From Octopus sinensis (lineage: Eukaryota): a DNA stretch of 14,988 nt. The DNA is taken from contig NW_021825605.1 of assembly GCF_006345805.1 (NCBI RefSeq), positions 1-14,988 of the forward strand, read 5' to 3'. The notes beneath the pieces are model-generated. The model saw only the letters and a list, made by a program, of their open reading frames with translations. It made no database searches and was not told the origin of the DNA. Shown in pieces: positions 1 to 9,263 of the stretch. The number at the start of each line of letters is the position of its first letter. The stretch's first letter is position 1. A program made the translations under genes and the position numbers.

Positions 1-186
1 CAGCACTGCCTGACAACCGCTCTTGATGTATTTACGTATCTGTAATTAGCGGTTCAGCATGAGAGAGCGACAGAATAAGTACCAGTATAACAAACAAATA
101 AGCTACAGAGGATCAATTGTTCGACTAGAAATTGCTGAAGGCGGTGCCCCAGCATGGCCGCAGTCTAATAACTGAAACACGTAAAA
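1..186 (+). mobile_element. SINE family A, 3' half, diverged, cut by the window edge
   Basis: Aligns by eye to the 3' half of the copy at 8261-8653: tgacaaccg...tagcggttc...agaataagtac...aaggcggtgccccagcatggccgcagtc...actgaaaca. Confidence 0.9.
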
Positions 187-560
187 TATAATAGATCTCA
201 GGGGCTTAGGGCCGCCAGTCGTTCGCTTTGCCGGACGGAATTTCGTGCGGTTCCGTCGCTTATGCATGCAATTGTTTGGCTAGACACAGCCCAGCCCTTA
301 TCTCTGAATTGTCTAAGAACGGGAGTGTCCATAAAACACACACACATACACACGTTTAAACAAATGCGTATATGTGTACACACACATATATATGCATTCA
401 CATATGCATGCGTGTACGTGCCTTCGTGTGCGATATACAATAAAGAGCAAGCAAGAAATAGTAGCCAAATCACTCTCGAATCAGATTTTATTACTATGAT
501 AAAAAGGAAAAAGAAAATAAACCAGACGTGATAACAGGAGTTTCGAAAGAGATGGTGGAA

Positions 561-803
561 GGCGGCGAGCCGCCAGAAACGTTAGCACGCCGGACGAAAT
601 GCATAGTCGCGTCTGCCGTTACGTTCTGTCTTTATGTTCAAGTTCAAATTCGGCCGAGGTCGACTTTGCCTTTCATCCTTTCAGGGTCGATTAAATAAGT
701 ACCAGTTACACACTGGGGTCGATATATAATCGACTTAATCCGTTTGCCTGACCTTGTTTGTTCCCTCTGTGTTTAGCCCCTTATGGGTAGTAAAGAAATA
801 GGT
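561..803 (+). mobile_element. SINE family B, near full length
   Basis: Head ggcggcgagc...cagaaacgttagcacgccgg, B-box-like gttcaaattc, then gaggtcgactttgcctttcatcc...aataagtaccag...ctggggtcgat. Reverse-complement relatives lie at 1224-1390 and 12962-13168. Confidence 0.85.
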
Positions 804-870
804 CTTCACCTCACTGGATTGGCCTTCGTTATCGTCTGGTATATACCGAGGGCTAAACAACAACAACAAC
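804..870 (+). mobile_element. Probable non-LTR retroelement 3' end with (CAA)n tail
   Basis: Short GC-moderate segment ending gagggctaaa followed by (caa)n, a typical LINE/SINE simple-repeat tail. Family not identified. Confidence 0.4.
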
Positions 871-1075
871 AGCCGTTCAAGAATCTGGACCTGGATATCT
901 CCATTTCCAGCGACTTCGAGGGCCACCTCCCAGTGGTGTTGAGCGTCAACGAAGAGCCCTCGACTACAACAAGACGACCAACGTTTTTTTTTCCAAGGTC
1001 TGGGGTCTCTCGCCCCTAAGCCCTAAACCATCACCTAAATACCCGTCTTGTTGCTTAACAACAACAAGAAGAACA
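871..1075 (+). mobile_element. Possible second LINE 3' fragment with (CAA)n tail
   Basis: GC-rich, coding-like segment (871-985) followed by cccgtcttgttgcttaacaacaacaa, echoing the tail at 851-870. Confidence 0.3.
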
Positions 1076-1223
1076 GCAGCAGCAACACCAACAAAAGCTG
1101 CAAAAGTTAAAAATTACTTGAAAATATTTCCATAAGAATTTTAAAATAAAATGGTTATTGTTTTTGCATGAGTTATTTCCCTTGAACAGGCATTTAGTAG
1201 GGACGAGTTCATGCGAAACAAAG

Positions 1224-1390
1224 TTTTAGCACAAGGCCAGCGATATTGAGAGTAGGAGTTAGTCGATGGCATCGACCTCAGATTTTAACTGGTAATCATC
1301 TAATTGACGCCAAAAGGATGAAAAATAGACTCAACCGCGGCGGAATTTAAGAGGTTGCCTGGCGTGCTTAAACGATTCTGCCAGCCCTCA
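1224..1390 (-). mobile_element. SINE family B, diverged, internally deleted
   Basis: Reverse complement reads gctggcagaatcgtttaagcacgccagg...aaattccgccgcggttgagtc...ttcatcctttt...ctgaggtcgat, matching 561-725. Confidence 0.8.
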
Positions 1391-1436
1391 CTTTGCAAAG
1401 CGTTATATAATAAACTAGAAATATACATATATATAT

Positions 1437-1598
1437 GGCGTAACTTCGGTATAGGTACCGGAAGTACCGGATACATTTCAAGAAAGTGTTTATTTTATAT
1501 ATATGGGGTGGGGGTTAGGGTTAGGAGAAAAGGGTTTCTGTTATCTTCAGAAATAAAAAAATAAAAACACTTTCGGTACCTATACCGAAGGATCGCCC
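1437..1598. mobile_element. MITE-like element with ~29 bp imperfect terminal inverted repeats, inserted in (TA)n
   Basis: Left end ggcgtaacttcggtataggtaccggaagt; reverse complement of right end gggcgatccttcggtataggtaccgaaagt. Both flanks are atatat. Internal ggttagggttagg. Confidence 0.8.
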
Positions 1599-1789
1599 AT
1601 ATATACTGTAATCGGTAGGTAAGGACAATTCCGACCTTATTGTGACCTCGTCAGAGAAGAATATATCACATTGTATTTGTAGTATTAGTAATGAGGTGCT
1701 CTCTAACCTGTATGGTTGAAAAGTTCACTTCTCGACTCTCAGCCTCTAGGTCACGTGTCTTCAGTACCTAAGTCAAGTGTCAGCTTATG

Positions 1790-2090
1790 GGTAGCTTTGG
1801 TAGACGGAAACTGAAAGAAGCTCGTCGTAAATATGTATATATATATATATATATGTTATATGTGTGTGCGTGTATATATGTTTGTGTGTCTGTGGTTGCC
1901 CCACCAACACCCAACATCACTTGACAACCGATGCTGGTGCGTTTACGTCTCCATAACTTAGCGGTTAGGCAAAAGAGACCGATAGAATAAGTACTAGGCT
2001 TACAAAGAATAAGTCCTGGGGTCGATTTGCTCGACAAAAAGCGGTGCTCCAGCATGGCCACAATCACATGACTGAAAAAAGTAAAAGAGA
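1790..2090 (+). mobile_element. SINE family A, central and 3' part (possible decayed head ~1710-1790)
   Basis: tttggtagacggaaactgaaagaagc..gtcg + (TA)/(TG) tract + cttgacaaccgatg...ctccagcatggcc, highly similar to 8388-8653. Confidence 0.92.
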
Positions 2091-2380
2091 ATATATATAT
2101 GGATTCTTTCCTCAACTCGCGTAACTCGGGTACATAATACCCGAGAAGCATTTTGCTTTCCACCCAAGCTGTCGCACAGTATACATTGTCTCCTTCTTGG
2201 GAAAAAACCCCAGGAGGAATATTAAGAGCAGGACAGGTCCCTACATGTAGAACTTGTGGACTTCACAAAGGCATACAATAATGAGGTTAGGGTGGCCCTA
2301 AGTCATCATTTTTACGTCGATTTTCCTATCCTCAGGTGTTTGTGAGTGCGTGCGAACGCCTGTGCCTGTGCGAGCACGCG

Positions 2381-2490
2381 GGTGTCGTCGCGTGGGGTGG
2401 ATTCTACCCTGACTTAACCTGTGCGGTTCGGAAACTTGATTGAAAGTGCTAAATTGTCTACATGCCTGTCAAGACACAGTTCATCTTGAG
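2381..2490. repeat. Unclassified dispersed repeat C, copy 1
   Basis: Shares gtcgt.gcgtgggg, tgtgcg.ttcggaaa, tgattgaaa(a)gtgcta and tacatgcctgtcaagacacag...atcttg with 4252-4368. Confidence 0.75.
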
Positions 2491-2665
2491 GAATTATGGA
2501 GTTCTAAGTTATTCACATCTATTGGTGAAGCTACGCACGTATGACAGGCAGAAAGGAACAACAATACATCGAAGACGCCGGAGTGATGCTGCTATAAGCA
2601 TCAAACGGCGACATGCATAGGAAATTAAGGTGTGGCCATTTTTCTTTTTTTGTTTTTGTTTTTGC

Positions 2666-2823
2666 GAGTGGCTGTGTGCTAAGTAGCTTGCTTACCAACC
2701 ACATGGTTCCGGGTTCAATCCACACTGCGTGGCACCTTGGGCAAGTGTCTTCTACTATAGCCTCGGGCCGACCAAAGCCTTGTGAGTGGATTTGGTAGAC
2801 GGAAACTGAAAGAAGCCCGTCGT
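2666..2823 (+). mobile_element. SINE family A, 5' half (tRNA-like head plus CORE-like domain), ending at the internal microsatellite
   Basis: A-box-like tggctgtgtgct, B-box-like ggttcaatcc, caccttgggcaagtgtc. Near-identical to 8265-8420. Confidence 0.92.
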
Positions 2824-2898
2824 ATATATATATATATATATATGCATGTACACACACACACAACTTTCATGCCGCCAATTGAATATTCTCAAATTAGT

Positions 2899-3140
2899 CG
2901 TGTGTGTGTGTGTGTGTGTGTGTATGTGGCATATGTGTTAAGTTGATAAAGAGATACAAATAGCATGAGAAAAAGCGAAAGAATAGTTGAGCTACAGAAA
3001 AGAGACAGAAAGAGTATGTGTGTGTGTGTATGTGTGAGAGAGAGAGAGAGCAGGGAGGGAGGGAGGGAGGGAGGGAGAGAGGAAAAGAGAATGTGTGTGT
3101 GTGAGAAACAGAGAGAAATTGAGGGTTAGATAGATAGATA
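2899..3140. repeat. Compound microsatellite (TG)n/(AG)n/(GGGA)n/(GATA)n
   Basis: Directly visible. Confidence 0.9.
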
Positions 3141-3496
3141 AAGATACAAGGTAGTTTCCTAGAAAAAAAAAACAAACCAGATAAGTCTTTCTCAGTACTT
3201 AGCTTTCAGCGATGCATGGTAATGTGTTGAGACATGTCATACATATATGTAAGATATAAAGGAGTAATGACTGATAAAAATCGACATAGGGACACGCACG
3301 TACACAGAAACACACACACACACACACATGATTAGTTTCAGCAGGATTTTGGTAAATCGAGTTTCCTTTTGCATGTTGTTAACCAAACCCGAAGATAATT
3401 TTCATATTGGTGTGAAGTATTATTTAATCCCTGAACAAACTTGGTTACATTGGTTACGCAGAGTATTTCTCGACCGAATGACGATGCCCCCGCCTT

Positions 3497-3504
3497 ACAC
3501 ACAC

Positions 3505-3545
<41 letters not shown>

Positions 3546-3663
3546 CATATATGAATATGTATATACACACATACACACACTATATATATAATCATATATA
3601 TATACACACACATTTACACACTATATATCTCATATATTATATGCATATACACACACATACACA

Positions 3664-3700
<37 letters not shown>

Positions 3701-3717
3701 AACACTAATATATATTA

Positions 3718-3748
<31 letters not shown>

Positions 3749-3778
3749 CACACAAACACACTATATATATATATATAA
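3497..3778. repeat. (TA)n/(CA)n compound microsatellite
   Basis: Directly visible. Confidence 0.95.
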
Positions 3779-4022
3779 CACCAAGTAAGTTAGGGGTTGT
3801 GGATCCAACCCACTAAGGGATAATACTTATCCAATATGCTGTTGGTATAATACCCAAATTGCTAATACATAAATGTTTTTAATTGCAATGCAATTAACTT
3901 ACTTATTGTATTAAATGGGTGAAGGTAAAGAAATATTTTACCATTAAGTTATATTACAAATAAGAAAATGGAGAAACGATTTAGTTGGTTCATCAGCTTT
4001 CGGATATTAGACTTATTTTTTA

Positions 4023-4053
<31 letters not shown>

Positions 4054-4255
4054 CACACTCACACATACATACATACATACATACATACATACATACATAC
4101 ATACATACATACATACATAGACACATAAACACGCTGGTATTTCCAAGAACGGATGATTGTGTGCTTATATGTTTGTTTGTGTATGTCTTTGTGCCTATGT
4201 GTGTGTGTGTGTGTGTTTGTGTATGTCTTAGTGACTATGTGTGTGTGTGTGTGTT
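4023..4255. repeat. (CA)n(CACT)n(CATA)n array followed by a degenerate (TG)n tract
   Basis: Directly visible. Confidence 0.9.
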
Positions 4256-4368
4256 GTCGTTGCGTGGGGCAGGCAGCTTGTACCTTGAAGTGTCTATGTG
4301 CGCTTCGGAAAGTGATTGAAAAGTGCTATGTCGTGTACATGCCTGTCAAGACACAGGTTATCTTGGTG
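4252..4368. repeat. Unclassified dispersed repeat C, copy 2
   Basis: Direct-orientation homolog of 2381-2490. Confidence 0.75.
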
Positions 4369-4422
4369 GCATAGAAACGCTTCAAATAGTCCTGGAGTGT
4401 AAATACATGTATATATACGAGG

Positions 4423-4455
<33 letters not shown>

Positions 4456-4617
4456 CAATGTACGTTCAAAGCGCGATTACACATAATGGTCTAAGAATAC
4501 CACTTATCAGCACAAATAGTATGCACGAAACTTAAGCCACTTGAGTCACTTTTAACTTTCCACCGATTACAAAATAAAAAGAAAGTATATATGTACCAAA
4601 AGCGCAAACGTATGCGC

Positions 4618-4930
4618 GCGTGCGTGCGCGCATACACGTGAGTACTGTCCAAATCTCCGACCAATCACATACAGCTAGCTGGCATTCAATTGGTGTATCA
4701 AGTTTCGGGCATTTTGATTGGGCTTTGGATAGAAAATTCACAAAAAAGTCACTTTTATTGATTCTTTAATGACTTTGCAGGGCGACTGGGGAAATGTAAA
4801 GATGTGCATGACCACCCTTGGACGGTTTTGAATGACCATAGAAAGTGCGAGCCCTCTAACTAAAAAATTGTGGATTTGTATAAAGGACACACCACACACA
4901 CAGACATTTTGCCGTTTATATACAGAGAGA
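4618..4930 (-). mobile_element. Helitron-like non-autonomous element (5' portion), copy 1
   Basis: ~310 bp direct repeat of 5876-6180, roughly 95% identical by eye. Minus strand starts a|tctctctgtatataaacggcaaaatgtctgtgtgtg, like the TC-TATA-microsatellite 5' ends of invertebrate Helitrons. The repeat is certain; the class is inferred. Confidence 0.6.
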
Positions 4931-4974
4931 TTCATTGCAGATAATTTTTAACGACTTAATATTACATGAACCTC

Positions 4975-5026
4975 CTACGGGACCCCAGTCGAGACCTTGG
5001 CTGAGGTCCCTAGTTGAGAACCACTG
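4975..5026. mobile_element. hAT (Charlie-like) MITE terminus
   Basis: gttgagaaccactg (5013-5026) is the reverse complement of cagtggttctcaac, a Charlie/MER5-type TIR. It is followed by ggttagat (resembles the NTCTAGAN target preference) and preceded by a subterminal hairpin gggacc...ggtccc (4979-5010). No partner TIR seen. Confidence 0.6.
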
Positions 5027-5132
5027 GGTTAGATTATGATATTATATAGAGAGATTTGGCTATTAGTTTTATCTAGTGATTTATCAGATGGAGGTATATT
5101 GATACTTTCATTTCCTGATAAAACATGACTTT

Positions 5133-5190
5133 GTACACAGTACTGAATTTTGGTCGTACACAGTACTGAATTTTGGTCGTACACAGTACT
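5133..5190. repeat. Perfect tandem repeat, 23 bp unit x2.5
   Basis: gtacacagtactgaattttggtc at 5133 and 5156, partial copy at 5179. Confidence 0.95.
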
Positions 5191-5875
5191 TAGAGCTTTA
5201 CAAATCTTACTTTCAAAACCGTGAAAATCATTTCAGCAAGACTGGGCCATTATCGTTCACATAATCGCAAATGTTTCAATAAAAAATGATAGCAATTAAA
5301 ACAGTTTTTGTTTATGGTTCCTCAGCTAAGAACATACCTTCTCCCTCGATGTACCATCGATGAAACCCGTACGTGGTCACTTATAATTAAAATTAAATGC
5401 TGTAATTCCTCTCATATCGCGTCCTATTGTTATAAGTGGGGCGTGGGAGACGAACAGGATTTTGAAATCGTAAATACTGCTACATGAAATGATCAGCAGA
5501 TTACAGGTGATATATATATTTGATGACAGATCTTGTCCATCAAAGATGACCTGGTACTTAACCATACCCCGACGTGCTAATATTAGCAAATATGTCTTCC
5601 TCAAATCAGACTTAAACTAGGAACGCATTCGATAACGAAGTCCTCAGTACACTCTTTTTTTTTACAATACTGAATGGTTATGATTTGAAACATCATGGAT
5701 CGAATCAGAACAATGAAAATGTTGTCACTCAATATACTTAGATAAAAACAAAATCAGAGAAATTTGTCTGTTTTAAAATTGTGGAAGATTTTCATATTAG
5801 ATATAAAAACCAAATTATTCTTAAATCCCATCCTGTTATTTATATATATATATACTAGCACATGCATATACAGCT

Positions 5876-6180
5876 GCGTGCGTGCGCACATACACGTGAG
5901 TACTGTCCAAATCTCCGACCAATCACATACAGCTAGCTGGCATTCAATTGGTGTATCAAGTTTCGGGCATTTTGATAAGGCTTTGGATAGAAAATTCACA
6001 AAAACGTCACTTCTATTGATTTTTTTAATGGCTTTGCGGGGTGACTGGGAAATGTAAAGATGTGCACGACCACCCTTGGACGGTTTTGAATGACCATAGA
6101 AAGTGCGAGCCCTCTAACTGAAAAATTGTGGATTTGTATAAAGAACACACACACATACATTTTGCCGTTTATATAGAGAG
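5876..6180 (-). mobile_element. Helitron-like non-autonomous element (5' portion), copy 2
   Basis: Direct repeat of 4618-4930. An actag at ~5854-5858 (ctagt on minus) could be a Helitron 3' end. Confidence 0.6.
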
Positions 6181-6530
6181 AAGAAAATTATTTAGATTCA
6201 AAAAGCGTAACAACGTTACAGTCAGTATATAAATCGAATTAATATACATATTTCATTCCTTTAATATATTTCATCGGGAGTAAAGTGGCGCTTTTTAAGT
6301 GGCCTTAAAGAACTGTTTGATAAATAGAAATCGATAAAATGAGAGAATTACAAAAGAACTACAAAAGAATCTTATTATAGCTTCTTTGAAGCCGGTACAC
6401 TTGCATGAGCGCAGTTCAATGCAGGGTTTGTTGTGGATGTTATTGTTAATAAGGATGATATTTAGATCGTTGTTGCTCTTATCGATGCTCTGCGCAAATT
6501 TTATCGCTAGAAGCATATATATATATATAT

Positions 6531-6712
6531 CACCGTGACCGACCAGGCTCTCAGATGTTGCAACACATCGCTGGTCACAATGTGCTCCGCATTGTTTTAG
6601 TCTTCAAATGACGCCACCCCGCTGGCTAAGAGAGCAGGCCAACAGAAGAAAGAGTGAGAGGAAGTTGTGGCGAAAAAGTACAGCAGGGATCACCCCCCCC
6701 CCTGCCGGAGCG
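6531..6712. mobile_element. Dispersed repeat D (possibly LTR-like), longer copy
   Basis: cgtgaccgaccagg...cagatgtt...acacatcgctggtcacaa...cgcattgttttag...caccccgc is shared with 11635-11729. Both start directly after (TA)n. Confidence 0.75.
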
Positions 6713-6829
6713 TCTGTAGTCTGATGTCTGAGGGTTGCATCAAGTGGCTTCTAGTGGCGGAAACCTGAACTACAACGGGTTTGTCACACAGGGAACATTT
6801 CGGGTTACTTGTGGGTAACCCCTTCTATA

Positions 6830-7262
6830 CGTGCATACATCATAGACATACATGCATACATACATGCACACACATACATACAGGCTTACATATATACATG
6901 CACACACATATATACATACAGGCATTCATGCATACATACACACATGTATACATACATATACATGAATACATACATATATACATACATACGCATACATACA
7001 TATACTTATACACATACATACATACATACAGAAAGACAGACAGAAATACACACATATTTATATATGTGTGCATGTATGTAAGTATGTACATGTATACATA
7101 CATATACATGAATGCATGCATACATACATACACACATATATACCTACATATACTTATACACATACACATACATGCGTACATACATACATACATACAGACA
7201 GAAATGCACACACATGTATGTATGCATGTATGTATGTATGTATGTAAGTATGTGTGTATACG
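6830..7262. repeat. Degenerate (CATA)n/(CA)n/(TATG)n low-complexity tract
   Basis: Directly visible; source of several spurious H/T/Y/I-rich ORFs. Confidence 0.95.
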
Positions 7263-7816
7263 TCAGATGACAGCCTGGACTGCTGTATATTCTGTTTTTG
7301 GTCTGAATGAGCATGTAAACACATAACGGCATAGGATTCAGCTGAATAAATACAACGATACTCTAGTCTGCGTATTGAGTACATTGCCCCATTGTTCGTT
7401 ACAATGTATTTGGATATACGTCCGTACGTGTGTGTGTGTGTATACACGTGCACATATACATAAGTATATTTATACACGCAAATGTAAGCTGAAACACTTC
7501 ATAAAGAAACAGGAGGAAATAGAGAAAGTAATGGAGATAAGAAGAGGAGGACAGAAAGGTAAAGAAGGAAGGAAGGAATAAAAGAAGAGAAAAGAAAGAA
7601 ATAAAATAAATAAAGACTTCCCATTTTAACAAACCAAACATGTTAAGCTTAGATGCCTTTAGCAAAGACCAGTCTGGAGCAAACATCCAAAATACGTTTT
7701 CAATCTAAAGATAGCTTTCACGTTTTTTTCTCTACCTATTGTCATTCAGGTACCGAAAAGAGGCTGACGGATACCGCCGTTCCTTCACTGACCAAGCCAT
7801 TTAAAATTTGATGCAA

Positions 7817-7860
7817 TCACATCTGATGAGAGTCCAATAAGTTTCGAAAATCGATTGTGG
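7817..7860 (+). ncRNA. Degenerate minimal hammerhead ribozyme-like motif (Penelope type)
   Basis: ctgatga (7823-7829), stem II gagtc/gtttc around loop caataa, gaaa (7846-7849), palindrome aatcgatt, stem I tcaca/tgtgg. The cleavage triplet is not canonical. Confidence 0.4.
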
Positions 7861-7877
7861 ATATTTATTAATTTTTT

Positions 7878-8250
7878 GGCGCATGCGTGGCTTTATGGTA
7901 AGAAATTTGCTTCCCGTCTACATGATCTCGGGTTCAGTCCCACTTTAAGGCACCTTGGACAAGTGTCTTCTTCTATGTTCTTCGACCAAAACCTTATGGG
8001 TAGATTTGGTAAGTGTGAGTGTCTTTGTGCACGTGTTTGTCGTCCCCACCCCCATCCCAGCTACCTCTTGACAGCTAGTAGTGGTGTGTTTACGGCCCCG
8101 TAACTTTGCGGTTCAGCAAAAGATAATGGTAGAATAAATACCAGACTTAAAATGTAAAATTACTGGGGTCGATTCGATTAACTAAAATTCTTCAAGGCAG
8201 TGCCCCAGCATGGCCGCAGTCAGATGACTGAAAGTAGTAAAATCTAAAGA
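7878..8250 (+). mobile_element. SINE family A, old diverged near-full-length copy
   Basis: gtggctttatggtaag...gggttcagtcccact...ggcaccttggacaagtgtcttc...gcggttcagcaaaaga...ctggggtcgat...ccccagcatggccgcagtc. Confidence 0.9.
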
Positions 8251-8260
8251 TATGTAATTG

Positions 8261-8653
8261 CAGGAGTGGCTGTGTGGTAAGTAGCTTGCTTACCAACCAC
8301 ATGGTTCCGGGTTCAGTCCCACTGCGTGGCACTTTGGGCAAGTGTCTTCTGCTATAGCCCTGGGCCGACAAAAGCCTTGTGAGTGGATTTGGTAGACGGA
8401 AACTGAAAGAAGCCTGTCGTATATATATGTATATATATATATATATGTATGTATAAGTGTGTGTGTGTCTGTTTGTCCCGCCAACATCGCTTGACAACCG
8501 ATGGTGTTGTGTTTACGTCCCCGTAACTTAGCGGTTCGGCAAAAGAGACCGATAGAATAAGTACTAAGCTTACAAAGAATAAGTCCCGGGGTCGATTTGC
8601 TCGATCGACTAAAGGCGGTGCTCCAGCATGGCCGCAGTCAAATGACTGAAACA
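8261..8653 (+). mobile_element. SINE family A, young full-length copy (tRNA-derived CORE-like SINE, resembling octopus OR-type SINEs)
   Basis: Pol III A box tggctgtgtggt and B box ggttcagtccc; CORE-like ttgggcaagtgtc; internal (TA)(TG) tract; 3' end gccgcagtcaaatgactgaaaca. Confidence 0.93.
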
Positions 8654-8865
8654 ATATATATATATATAGATAGATAGATAGATATATATATATATAGAGA
8701 GAGAGAGAGTGTGTGTGTGTTTGTGAAGGAGAGGGAGAGAGAGCTATATACGCGTATACTTATACACACGCACACACACAAGTGAAGGGGACAGAGCGTT
8801 TTATAAGAAGGAAGTGGAGAAAGAGCACGGGAAGAGGAAGACAAACAGAAGCAAATAAATTGTAA

Positions 8866-8882
8866 GAAAGACAGAAAGAAAG

Positions 8883-8921
<39 letters not shown>

Positions 8922-9227
8922 AGAAAAAAGAAAACGAAAGAAAGAAAGAAAGAAAGAAAAAAGAAAGAAAAAAGGAAGAAAGAAAGAAAGAAAGAAGAAA
9001 GAAAAACGAAAGGAAAAAAAGAAAGAAAGAAGAAAGAAAGAACGAATGAAAAAAGGAAGAAGAAGAAGAAGAAAGACAGAAAGAAAGAAAGAAAGAAAGA
9101 AAGAAGAACGAAAGAAAGAAAGAACGAAAGAAAGAAAGAAAGAACGAAAAAGAAGAAGAAAGAAAGAAAAAAAGGAGAAGAAAAAAAAAAAGAAAGAACG
9201 AAAGGAAAAAAAGAAAGAAAGGAAAAA

Positions 9228-9263
<36 letters not shown>

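Noticed and set aside
1513-1525. Interstitial telomere
   Set aside because: Only about two TTAGGG-like units, inside a MITE.
1535-1551. Minus-strand ctgaaga-taaca-gaaac hammerhead-like core
   Set aside because: No room for stem II and no stem I/III pairing.
3985-4012. Minus-strand gaaagctgatga motif
   Set aside because: The GAAA and CUGAUGA boxes are adjacent in the wrong order with no closing stems.
5133-5190. CRISPR-like look of the 23-bp repeat
   Set aside because: The units abut with no spacers; this is a simple tandem duplication in eukaryotic DNA.
8261-8335. tRNA gene
   Set aside because: A and B boxes are present, but there is no convincing cloverleaf and it continues into a SINE body.
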